A stretch of DNA of 64,000 bases from assembly GCF_006345805.1 (NCBI RefSeq), contig NC_043009.1:21762001-21826000 (forward strand), given 5' to 3'. The stretch is from Octopus sinensis. Lineage: Eukaryota. The translations under genes and the position numbers were made by a program. Under the pieces are notes generated by a model. It was not told the origin of the DNA. It ran no database searches and saw nothing but the letters and a program-made list of their open reading frames with translations. Below are positions 14,700 through 26,202 of the stretch, piece by piece (position 1 is the stretch's first letter; the number at the start of each line of letters is the position of its first letter).

Positions 14700-17539
14700 T
14701 CAAGAGGAGGGGGCTGTGTTAAGTCCGTGTGGGGTGGTAGTTTGTAGGGTGAAGATGTAGCGTTGCTCCAAGTGGAGCCTGGAAAGGGCGACCTTGGTGG
14801 GGGGCGAGACCAAACACTGAGATGTCATCTAGGGAATGGCCGGCCGAGCGGAAGTGGCGTGCGACGGGAGAAAGAGAGTGTAGGCGAACGTCCCTTAAGT
14901 GCTCAGTGAAACGGTCGGACAACCGGCGTCCCGTCTGTCCTACATACAGCATCCCGCATAGGTTGCATTTAATGCAGTAAATAAGGCCAGACGAGGTGCA
15001 CGTAAAAGAGTGCCTAATGCGTACAGTGTGCAGGTTGGAGCCGGTGACAGCGGTGGTGTTGGTGATGAAGGGGCAAGTGTTGCAGCGGGATCTAGAGCAA
15101 GGGAATGATCCGTGTGGGGCTGAGGGGGAAGGAGAGAGGGTGCTGTGGACCAGGAGGTCACGCAGATTGCGGGCTCGTTTGAAAGAGGACAGGGGTAGGT
15201 TAGGGAAAATGGGGCGGGTGGTGGGATCAAGCTGGAGGCGACGGAAGGCACGTAGTATCTTGCGACGAAGGGTAGGGTAGAGGGGTGGAAAAGGAGGGGG
15301 AAGGGGGTGCGGTTGGGGGTGTGGGCGGGGGAAGGAGACAGGGCGGTAGTGCGGTCGATGCGACGGGCGCGGGTGAGGGCATCAGAGAGGAGTATGGGTG
15401 GGTAACCTCGGAGTCTGAACATGCGGGCCAGGTATTGAGATTGGGTCTCGAAATCCTGGTCGCGGCTGCACAAACGTCGGAGGCGGAGGAACTGGGAGTA
15501 GGGGATGGCTCGTTTGGTGTGGAAGGGGTGGGAGGAAGAGAAGTTGAGATAGAGGTGGGAATCCGTAGGTTTAAAAAGGCGGTGGTGGTGAGAGATCTGG
15601 AGGGGTGATCGATGCGGAGAGAGATGTCAAGGAAGTTGACAGAGGTGTTGGAGATGGTGGAGGTGAATTGAAGGGAGGGGTGAAAGTTGGAAAGGAAAGA
15701 GATGAATTGGCAGAGAAGTTCACGGGAAAGGGAGGTGGCACCTACGCAGTCGTCGATATAGCGACCGTATAGTTCGGGGGTCGGCCCAGAGAACTGGGAG
15801 AACACTTGGGCCTCAATGTAGCCAAGAAAGAGACTGGCGAAATTGGGGCCCATCCTAGTTCCCATCGCGACCCCGGACACCTGTTGGTACGTTTCCCCGG
15901 CGAACGTGAAGCAATTGAGGGTGAGGACGAGCTCGGCCAAACGGAGAAGGGTGGGGGTGCTGGGGGTGGGGTCGGGACGACGGTCGAGGAAGTGTTGGAG
16001 GGCTAGGAGACCGTCATTGTGGGGAATCACTGTGTACAGGGATTTTACATCTAAAGTGAAGAGGAGGTGTGAGGGGCTGGAAGGGAAGGAAAAGGAATTG
16101 AAGAGACGGAGGGCGTGGTTGGTGTCGTGTATGTGGGATGGAGGGGGCTGCGACTAAGGGGGACAGGATGCGGTCGAGGTATAGGGAGATGAGTTCAGTG
16201 GGGCAATTACAGGCAGAGACTATGGGACGGCCAGGATTAGAGGGTTTATGGATCTTGGGAAGGAAGTAGATGGTGGAGGTGCGGGGTGTGCGGACGATGA
16301 GGTTGGTGGCGGTGAGGGGGAGAGCGGAGGAGGAGATGAGGTCGTGGATGGTGGAGGACACTCGTTGTTGGTAGGAGGAGGTGGGATCGGAGGGGAGGAG
16401 GCGATAGAAGAGTGGATTTTGAAGCTGGTTGAGCGCTTCCTCCCTGTATAGGTCCGCGCGCCACACTACCACTGCCCCGCCTTTGTCCGCCGGTTTGATG
16501 ACAATGTCATCACGACGGCGGAGGTGGCGAAGGGCAATGGATTCGGCCCGAGTGAGGTTGGCTCGGCGGGGTCTTGGTTCAAAGTTGAAACGGTGGACCA
16601 AAGCGTTGCAGTCATGTACAAACGAATCTAGGCTACTGAAAAGGCCTGGGGGCGGCGTCCAGATGGATGGACGACGCCCCAGCTCCAAAAGGCAATCCTG
16701 ATTGTTTTGACGCTGCGGGGACGCGTGGTAGTATGCGCGAAGTTTGAGGCGGCGCAGGAACAGGTTGACGTCCGCCCGAGTCTCGAACTCATCACAGTGG
16801 CGCGTGAGTGGCGTGAAGCGGAGACCTTTACTGAGGAGGGAGCGCTCAGCGGCGGAGAGGGGGAGGTGGGGGGTATAGTGACAACAGCGCGAGGAAGCGG
16901 GGTGGGGAGGACTAGGGGCAGGCGGAGGGGGTGCAGGGGTGTGAAGGGGAGGGTAGGGGTGGTTGGGTGAAGATGGTTAGGCGTAGGAAGGTCACGGTGG
17001 GGGGTGTGGGTCCGTGGAAGGGTGGGGTAGGTGCGAAGGAGGGGGGGAACAGTGGGGGAGGATGGGGAAGGGGGGAGGGTTGAGGAGGAGGTGGAGTTTT
17101 TTGTTTTTTGTGTGTGTGAGGTGGTTGTAGAGTTGGTGGTTGAGATTAAGAATGAAGCGGAGGATAGGTTGGGTGAAGAGTGGAGGGCAGAGGGCGGAGA
17201 GAAGGAGGTAGGCCTGGGGAAGTTGATGGTCGAGGGAGTCAAGGAGGGGGGGGTGGAGCGGATGGTGGCGCGGAGGAGGGAGCGGGAGGTCCGAGCGAGG
17301 GTGGGTTCGATGAAGGGGGAGGAATAGGGGGTAGCGTGGAACTTCAAGAGGAAACCGCGGGGTGTGACATGATGGCGGAGGCACCGGCTAAGAAAGGAAA
17401 GATGACTAGAGTGGCGGGTTTTCTTAAAAAGCAAGCGGGAAAGTTTTATAGCAGGTGCGGAACATTGTGGGGGGAAGAACGCGAGGTAGCGGCTGAGGAG
17501 GGATTGAAGGTGTTGGACGAACGAGTGCAAGTCAGGCAT
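14700..17539 (-). pseudogene. PLE polyprotein (~945 aa if frameshifts are corrected): N-terminal domain, RT, Cys-rich linker, GIY-YIG endonuclease
   Basis: MPDLHSF start; LLSKGLRF; DIVIKPADKGGAVVV; LPKIHKPSNPGRPIVS; LDVKSLYT; GVAMGTRMGP; RYIDD; FLDI; CSRSRCNTC..H..C..YCIKC; LYVGQTGRRLSDRFTEH; LEQRYIFTLQTTTPHGLN then TGA at 14702-14700. About six frameshifts. Confidence 0.9.
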
Positions 17540-17859
17540 GATGATGAGAGGTGGTGGCAAACAGGTAAAGGTGGGTGGTGGCGAAGCAGGAAAAAGGAGA
17601 GACAACAGGAAAACAACGAAAGAAGAAAAAGGGTGAAGACAGTTTGAAAACAATAGAAAAAAGTTGAAAAAAGTCAGGAGAGATTTGAGAGTCAACGGAC
17701 AGATTAAGTAATGATTTTACATCACGGTAAGCGGTACTCCGGAAGAAGGTGCAGTGATCCGTAGGTCAGGAAGAATGGTAACAATAATCCGTAGGTGCAA
17801 AAAATCCGAGAGTTGGTATCCAAGGTACAGGGGTCCGTGTAGGCGCGCAGTGGTATAAT

Positions 17860-18947
17860 TTTAATCCAAAGGGAAACAAAAAAACAACAACACAGGAACA
17901 ATTACAGTATTATTATTAATAGGCGCTCAGGAGATGGAAGCAGGGAGGTATGACGTTTCGAGCGGAGCTCTTCGTCGGAAACATAAAGAAGGAAGAGAGA
18001 GAAGAAAGATCCCAGAGCGGGCAACAGGGAAAGAGAAAAAAGACGACTGGTGTTTACGAGTTGCACATGGTGAAAGGCGGATGTTGACGATAACAAGAGC
18101 AAAGTGGGTTTTTAAAGGCAAAAGAGTGGAGACAAGGTTGGTAACCCAACAGATGTGTGTGTATGTGTGAGTGTGTGCATGTGCGTGTGTGTATGTGTGT
18201 GTGTGAGGCGAGATGAAAAAACAAAAAAATATGTGTGTGTTAGTGTGTGCGTCTGTGTGTAGGTGTGAGGTAGGGCGAGACTAGTGGTCAGCTAGCAGAC
18301 GAGGTCAGTACTAAGAAAAGAAGGAAGGAGGAAGGGAGGTCAGTAGTAGTAAGAAAAGGAAGGAGGAGGAAGGGAGGGAGGGGAAGGGTGGGGGCGTATG
18401 TAGCGTGCCAGCGTGTGTTGAGTGGTAGTGTGTGGTGTGTCCAGTGTGTGGTGGTGGTATTAATGGCGAGTAGATTGAATGTGTGTAAGAGTGATGTATA
18501 TATATAGGCAAGGTGTGTATATGTGTGCGCGTGTGTGTAACGAAAAAGGGGGGGGTTTAAGGAAAAAGGACTCCAGCTGAGGGGAAGATGGAAGAGTGGT
18601 ACCGCGGAGACAGGCGTGGGAAAACCCAACGACACGCGACGGTCCCAGGAACGGGCGGGAGGTCTCGTCAGGTCCAAGGGCGAGGTGTATGCGGCGCGTA
18701 TGCAGCGCGAGCCGGCGCAAGTGCGTATGTGCGCGTGCCTGCGAGTATGCGCGTAAGTATGTATGTGTGTGGATGTGTGAGTGTGTCTGTGTGTATGTCT
18801 GGGTGGCAGTGTGTCCGATGAATGTATGTGAGTATGTGTGTATGTATGTGTGTGCATAGATGTATGTCCGTGTGTGTGTGTGTATGTGTGTGAGTGTGTA
18901 TGTATGTACGTGTGGGTGTGGGGAAGTGTGTGTATGTGCATGTGTGT
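17860..18947 (-). repeat. 5' pseudo-LTR copy of the Neptune PLE
   Basis: Aligns with 11599-12702; 5'-truncated at a (TA)n tract. Confidence 0.92.
17946..17986 (-). ncRNA. Minimal hammerhead motif, CCGACGA core variant
   Basis: CCGACGA-A-GAGC/TCC/GCTC-GAAACGTC; stem III reduced to palindromic ACGT; stem I weak. Confidence 0.6.
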
Positions 18948-19055
18948 ATATATATATGTGTATATATATATATATATATGTATGTATATATATATGTATA
19001 TATATATGTATATATATATATATATATGCATATATACATATATATATATGTATAC

Positions 19056-19086
<31 letters not shown>

Positions 19087-20400
19087 CATATATATATATA
19101 TGTATATATATACATACATACACATACACACACATACATACATACACACACATACATACATACACACATACATACATACATACGCAAACATACATATACA
19201 TACATACATACACACACACATACACACATGCACACACACATACATACATACACACACACGTGCATACATACATACATACACACACATACACTTACACACA
19301 TACACACATACATACACATACATACATACTTACATACATACATACACACACATACATACACATACATACATACATACATATGCACATACATACCCACACA
19401 TATACACACATACACACACATATATATAAATACATACACACACACATACACACATGCACACATACATACATACATACATACATACACACACACACATACA
19501 CTACATACATAGATACATACATACATACACACACACATACATATACATACATAGGTACACACACGCACATACACGCATGCATAAATACATACATACATAC
19601 ATACACACACACAACTTACACACATACACACACACATACGTACATACGTACGTACATACATACATACACACACATACATACATACATACATACATACACA
19701 CACATACACACACGCATACATATACATACATACACACACATACATACACACATACACACATACATACATAGATACAAACATACACACGCACATACATATA
19801 CATACCTACATACACACATACACGCAGGCACACATACATACATACACACACACATACATACACACACATATACACACATACACACACATACACACATACA
19901 TACATACACACACATACATACATACATACACACATACATACATACACACATGCATACATATACCCACATACACACACATACGTACACACATACATACATA
20001 GATACATACATATACATACATATACATACATACATACACACACATACACGCATGCACACATACATACATACACACACACACATACATACACACACACACA
20101 CTTACACACATATACACATCCATGCATACATACATACACACATATAAACATATAAACACACATGTGAGCCTCTACACTGTACACACACGTACACATACAT
20201 ACATTCACTCGCACGCATGTACACACACATTTACATATATATTCTATACACGCACACACACATACACACGTACAAACACACACAAACTCACATATACACC
20301 GACAGATATACATACACAATATACACCTATCCGCGCACGCACACATACACATAAACACATACAAACGCACGCATACACGTACATACATACACACTCACAC
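18948..20400. repeat. (TA)n junction followed by a long (TACA/CA)n tract, probably the upstream repeat of the + strand PLE derivative
   Basis: Seen directly; CA-rich on the sense strand like the Neptune 3' UTR. Confidence 0.7.
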
Positions 20401-20881
20401 AAATTAACCCACACATACATCCCTACACACAGGAATGTACAAGCACACACGCACACATTCACTAGGTTAAGCACAGTTACTCGCTACACACCCAAACTCT
20501 ACGCATACACACACGAACACACACATGCACACACACACATTACAAACAACAGTCACACATGATACATATACTTACACGCACACACATTTACCCCTTTGTT
20601 TTTTAACCTGGTTTTGACCTCGCTGGATACAAAAAAGTGCCACTCCTTTATGACAGCTAGCTTGCCATGCCTATTATTCACCATACATACACACACACAC
20701 TCACGCACGCACGCACAAACACACTTGTCATCCTTGCACACACACACACACACGCACCCACGCACATTCCTTGTCTTTGAAACTCTCTTGTTTTTAAAAA
20801 TCATGATTCGTCTACCTTTCAACTTCTGTTCTTGAGCACCACCAGCAAAAATATTTTTTTCCTCTGTCTTCCCTTCTCCAT

Positions 20882-20916
20882 GTTTCCGACGAAGAGCTCC
20901 GCTCGAAACGTTAAAC
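20882..20916 (+). ncRNA. Minimal hammerhead motif
   Basis: GTTT-CCGACGA-A-GAGC/TCC/GCTC-GAAACGTT-AAAC: 4-bp stem I and palindromic ACGT stem III. Confidence 0.65.
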
Positions 20917-21289
20917 CCTCCTTCCCTTCTTTCCTGAGCGTCAAATAATACTTTAATTGTTCCACGTCCTCGCGTTGCTGTGTTTTTTTCTGTGTTTTCT
21001 TGTTTGGATTAACTTTATATACCGCACACTCACACGGATACCGAGCGCCTTGGATACCAATTCCTGCATTTTTACACCTACGGATTACCATCCTTCTGGA
21101 GTACGCCACTGAAATCGTGATTGGAAATCAAAAGAATCTGTCCGTGACTCTTATTTAACTTTTGTCCTGAACTTTTTTCCTGAACTTATCTTCCCGTACT
21201 TTTCCTTCTTTACCTTTCTTCTTCCACCTCCATTCTTCCACTTGTGTCACCACCACTTACACCTACATACACATTCACCACTTCCCAAC

Positions 21290-21873
21290 ATGCCTGACTT
21301 GCACTCGTTCGTCCAACACCTTCAATCCCTTCTTAGCCGCTTTCTCGCGCCCCCCCCCCTGCAATGCTCACAACCCGCAAAAAAACTTTCTCACTTTTTA
21401 AAAAAACTCGCCACTCTAGCCATCTCTCCTTCCTCAGCCGTTGCCTCCGCTATCACGTCACACCCCATGGCTTCCTCTTGAAGTTCCACGCCACCCCCTA
21501 TTCCTCCCCCTTCATCGAACCCACTCTCGCCGCACTTCCAGCCTCCTCATCCGTGCTACCATCCGTTCCACCCGCTCTCTCCTTCACTCCTTTGACCACC
21601 TACTTCCCCAAGCTTACCTCCTTCTCTTCTCCCTCTGCCCTCCACTCTTCACCCAACCTATTCACGCCTCTCGCCCCACTGTGACGAATTCGAGACTCGG
21701 ACGGACGTCAACCAGTTCCTGCGCCGCCTCAAACTTTGCGCCTTCTTCCACGCATCTCCGCAGCGTCACGACAATCAGGATTGCTTTTTGGAGCTGAGGC
21801 GCCGCCCTTCCAACTGGACGCCGCCCCCGGGCCAATTCAGCAGCCTAGATTCGTTTGTGAACGACTGCAACGC
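21290..21873 (+). pseudogene. N-terminal remnant of the PLE ORF with two internal deletions; RT and EN absent
   Basis: MPDLHSFVQHLQSLLSRF, KKTRHSSHLSFLSRCLR, FLLKFHATPYSSPFIEPTL, WTPPPGQFSSLDSFVNDCNA match the 17539-16600 ORF; a ~0.35-kb deletion near 21660, then a jump into CA repeats after 21873. Confidence 0.85.
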
Positions 21874-22397
21874 ACACATACACGTACATACATACACTCA
21901 CACAAATGAACCCACACATACATCCCTACACACACACGCACGTACAAGCACACACACTAGGTTAAGCAGAGTTACTCGCCACACACCCAAACTCTACGCA
22001 TACACACACGAACACACTACAAACAACACACACACATGATAAATATACTTACACGCACACACATATACCCCTTTGTTTTTAGACCTGGTTTTGACCTCGC
22101 TGGATACAAAAAAGTGCCACTCCTTTATGACAGCTAGCTTGCCATGCCTATTATTCACCATACATACACACACACACACACACGCACGCACGCACAAACA
22201 CACTTGTCATCCTTGCACACACACACACACACACACGCACCCACGCACATTCCTTGTCTTTGAAACTCTCTTGTTTTTAAAAATCATGATTCGTCTACCT
22301 TTCAACTTCTGTTCTTTCAACATGTGATCTCTTGAGCACCACCAGCAAAAATATTTTTTTTCTCTGTCTTCCCTTCTCGGGATCTTTCCTTCTCTTT

Positions 22398-22432
22398 GTT
22401 TCCGACGAAGAGCTCCGCTCGAAACGTTAAAC
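22398..22432 (+). ncRNA. Minimal hammerhead motif (identical second copy)
   Basis: Same sequence as 20882-20916. Confidence 0.65.
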
Positions 22433-22533
22433 CCTCCTTCCCTTCTTTCCCGAGCGTCAAATAATACTTTAATTGTTCCACGTCCTCGCGTTGGTGTGTT
22501 TTTTTCTGTGTTTTCTTGTTTGGATTAACTATA

Positions 22534-22595
<62 letters not shown>

Positions 22596-23133
22596 ACGAA
22601 TTCTCAGTTTCTGTCTAACAAAATCTTATAAGAACCCTCAAGGGTGATGTGAAACCTGGTTGAGAACCACTTCTCTAAATAATCAAAAAGAAATAATTAA
22701 TAGGCCTGGAAATAAAATCTCATTCTTTGAGAACAGAATCATCGGTGGGGGTGTCAGATGACATAGTGAGTGAATATTTTATTAGATATTTATTACGAGA
22801 AAATATAAAATATCATATACTTTGAAACATTTGGTAAATTTTAATTAAAAGGAACCATAATCAGCATGCAGTCACGCCGTGGTAACCCTAATTTTACTAC
22901 TATTTAGAATTACGTTATCAAATTCGTTCGTTCTTTATTTAAGACAATAGGGCGTACTTTAAGGGGAATTTGACAGCTATTTCTAGTAGACCGAGCAACT
23001 GAAAAGCGCCATAGTTCCCGACCTTTGCACGGCCAATGACACTCGACACATTTTTTTTAATGCCTTGCTCGCGATCCAGGCTTTTTGAAAGGTCTGGCAA
23101 CACATTAAGCTGGTTTCAATAAATAACAAACTC

Positions 23134-23267
23134 AAGGCGGCGAGCTGGCAGAAACGTTAGCACTTTCGGGGTCGATAAATTATGTACCAGTTGAGTACTG
23201 GAGTCGATGTGATTGACTGTTCTCCTTCCAACAAAATCCAGGCCTTGTGTGTATAGTAGAAAGGATT
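23134..23267 (+). mobile_element. SINE family 2 (tRNA-like head; Meta-domain-like core), internally deleted
   Basis: aggcggcgagctggcagaaacgttagc...ttcggggtcgataaattatgtaccagt...ggccttgtg; homologous to 60883-61100. Confidence 0.7.
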
Positions 23268-23301
23268 AAGTAACAAACCCGTTTCCTCGCGTTCATCTCT
23301 C

Positions 23302-23400
23302 GGGCGTGGCTGTATGGTAAGAAATTTGTTACTCAGTCACATGGCTCCGGGGTCACTCCCACTGCATGGTACCTTGAGTAAATATTCCGGGCCGACCAAT
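23302..23400 (+). mobile_element. SINE family 1, 5' fragment
   Basis: ggcgtggctgtatggtaagaa...cccactgcatggtaccttgag. Confidence 0.6.
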
Positions 23401-23402
23401 AC

Positions 23403-23620
23403 ACAAGGGAGTGCTGAAAAGATCCTGGCTTTTGGTAAAAGAAAACACAGGCGGGTCAGTTAATTATGATTTTTTTCAACATATTCCCCACTCAAATTTA
23501 CACACTTATGGCTACGCTCCTTCAGTTTTTCTAAGCCCTGTTAAAAAACTCGGAAGGTTGGGCCTCTAACCAGGTCTTTTCGCTATACTTTTAAAGCCAG
23601 GAACTTTTCAGCACCCCTCG
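23403..23620. mobile_element. Tc1/mariner-like MITE
   Basis: ~28-bp TIRs gggagtgctgaaaagatcctggcttt / aaagccaggaacttttcagcacccctcg, next to TA-rich flank. Confidence 0.7.
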
Positions 23621-23628
23621 TTTATATG

Positions 23629-23679
<51 letters not shown>

Positions 23680-24002
23680 GAAATATGTTACAAAAAGAAA
23701 ATATAAAATACACGTGGAAATGTAAGGGGAAAATATGAAAAATCAACGAAAATGCACATTGTAAATAAAAAAAGAAAAGGCTTTTTATGAAAGGTAACGA
23801 CAGAAATATACATTTAGATGGACGGAGGTAGTAATAAAAGTCATTATTATGAGATGATTAAAAAGTCAGAAAGAAAAGCATACCATGATTTCGGCAAAGC
23901 TATTCATTGCTTTATATATATATCGAATCGGTCATTTGTTCATAAACCCAGGAAAATGCACACTCTAAATGAATCTTTGTGCAATAATATTTATATGTTT
24001 AT

Positions 24003-24172
24003 CTCTCACCACAGCTTGACAACCAGTGTTGGCTTGTTTACGTCGTCGTAACTTGACCGTTCGGCAAAAGACACCGACAAAAATAAATACGGAGGTCGAT
24101 TCATTCAACTAAACACTTCAAGGCGGTGCTGCAGCATGGTCGTAGTCCAATGACTGAAACAAATGAAAGATA
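24003..24172 (+). mobile_element. SINE family 1, 3' half
   Basis: gcttgacaacc...aaggcggtgctgcagcatgg...aatgactgaaacaaatgaaaga. Confidence 0.7.
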
Positions 24173-24500
24173 TACGACAAAAGGTATTTCTAATGGAGTT
24201 TTCTCTCTGAAACATCTTACATTTCTTCGTCCTCTCTTCGAGTGGTTGTAGGGTTCGAAATAAGCTTTCGCCGGTAGAGTCAATTTGATTTCTTATTTCC
24301 CGCCACTAATATCGTTGACACCTTGATTTTCTCATAAGTGGTAAAGGTAGGGCGGCTTCCTACTACAAGAAAAAAGCTTTTGAAGATTGAAAATCGGGCT
24401 GATTGTTGACTAAAATTAAGATATTTTAAAAACTTTGTGCAATACCACGATAACAGGATTACATAGATTCAAATTCTGTCATATTTTCTCATTTATAAAG

Positions 24501-24690
24501 AGGGACGGCGAGTTAGCAGAATCGTTACCGCGCCGGACAACACTGCTTAGCGGCATTTCTACCGGCTTTTCGTCGTCGAGGTCGTCTTTGCCTTTTGGGA
24601 TTGGTAAAATAAGTACCAGTTCAGCACCGGTTTCGAGGTAATTGTCTCGACCCCTCCCACAAAATTTCAGACCCAATACTTGTAATTGAA
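24501..24690 (+). mobile_element. SINE family 2, diverged copy
   Basis: gacggcgagttagcagaatcgttacc...ataagtaccagt...cccctcccacaaaattt. Confidence 0.6.
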
Positions 24691-24949
24691 AGAATTAAGC
24701 GGGGAGGGCAAGCAATTTTACTAATTTGTTCTTAGAGGAGGGTAAGGAACATTCAATTTCACTTGCATTTCAGTTGTATATGGGATGGGGTGGGGGTATG
24801 GAAAGCGGACGCCTCGCATTTATGAGCTTGAAAATCACTGGGATACATCCTTAGGTGTTCCCTCATTAAATGTAAATGTTTTCAACCGAAGTTGGGTAAA
24901 AAGAAAAAACCCTAATTGAATTAATATTGAGTTGTCTCCCTTGTACTTT

Positions 24950-25010
24950 TTTCATCACGTGAACGTTGCTGGCCTCACTTTGGTATTGTGTTGAAAACAT
25001 GGCGTCGGAG
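24950..25010 (+). promoter_or_regulatory. Candidate STK11 core promoter motifs: palindromic E-box TCACGTGA (24955-24962) and YY1-like AACATGGCG (24996-25004)
   Basis: Both motifs are typical of housekeeping-gene start regions and lie in a CpG-retaining stretch ~1.2 kb upstream of the ATG. The TSS is not known. Confidence 0.4.
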
Positions 25011-25496
25011 ATGTGTTTTAAGCAAATGCCGACTGTTCCTTTTGTTGTAACGCTACCACCGACTCCTGCCACAACCATATCTATGCATCTTGTTAAGTAT
25101 TTACCACCAGTGAAACCACTTTTCTCTCCTCAAACAGTAGTATCTTCTTTGTTAAATGTTTCGTTGACTACCGCAGCAATTCTCACCTGTGTCGTTTCCT
25201 TCTATTACGCTGTCGCCGCCACCGATGTCATCACTACTCCTGCCACCATCACCGGTCAACATTGAAAAGGGACAACATCCAAATATATAATACATACATA
25301 CTTATATAGATATATATCCTCCATCCATCTATCTGTTTACCACAGCAGAAATTAAACACATACATGCTCTCTTCTACTGATGTCTATCATATGCGCTACT
25401 GGTGTACACACTCTGATAGTATCTCACCCGTAACAATTTAAGTAATAATACACATACATATAAAACACACACAAATATATATTTGGGTGCCCCTAA

Positions 25497-25527
<31 letters not shown>

Positions 25528-26202
25528 AAATATGATATATTTGTATATTGCACTGTCTGTATAAATATATATATATTTATATTGGTTACAAGCTCTCTTC
25601 TCACTTAATAACTTGAGTAAAAATATTTGGTTGCACTTCTTAATTTAAATAACTTTAAACTGAAAAAAAAAAGGAAACAGCGTAACTGTTTTTATCTTTC
25701 TCGCTCCAATTCACTGTTATATCTTCATTGTTATTACTTTTTTCTATTATTTATTATCCATTCTCCTCCCTTTTCTTTATCACATCTGGAAAGTTCCTTG
25801 TTAAAGATTCTTTTTCATTCCCTTAAACAAACAAACAAAAAAACTGCCTCAAGGTAAATTATTCCTTGCCTGCGGAAACTTCTAAATAAAGCGAAAGTTT
25901 TGTTTTCCAACCGAAAGCAGCATTCATCCCACCTTTTTATTTTATATTTATATTTGTAGGCGCATGGAAGCGTTTGTCATGTAATTTTTTTTTTAATCTG
26001 CTTTCAATCATTGAATTTGTTCGTGTTGTTATTGTTTTCTTGAAGAAAACAAACAAGGGATAAGAAAATCAGTGTATACCTGATAATAACCAAAAGGGGG
26101 AAAATACAAAATTATCAAAATTAAATCAACAAGCAGTTTGTTGTTAATACTGCAAGTGATAAACAATTGAAGTCAGTATTTCACTGATAAAAACGATCAA
26201 AC

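Larger units (their letters stand above)
11599..18947 (-). mobile_element. Neptune-type Penelope-like element, near full length, with pseudo-LTR direct repeats
   Basis: RT+GIY-YIG ORF flanked by two nearly identical 1.1-kb repeats (11599-12702, 17860-18947); both outer ends abut (TA)n. Confidence 0.9.
20400..22530 (+). mobile_element. Non-autonomous PLE deletion derivative (sister subfamily): repeat - 5' UTR - truncated ORF - repeat
   Basis: Direct repeats ~20400-21014 and ~21903-22530, each ending TTGGATTAACT; intervening 5' UTR and ORF remnant homologous to the Neptune element. The true 5' boundary may extend to ~19110. Confidence 0.85.

Noticed and set aside
15285-17647. Gly/Arg/Glu-rich plus-strand ORFs
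   Set aside because: Antisense shadows of the C-rich PLE coding strand.
24479-24676. 65-aa minus-strand ORF suggesting a divergently transcribed gene
   Set aside because: It overlaps a SINE family 2 copy on the plus strand.
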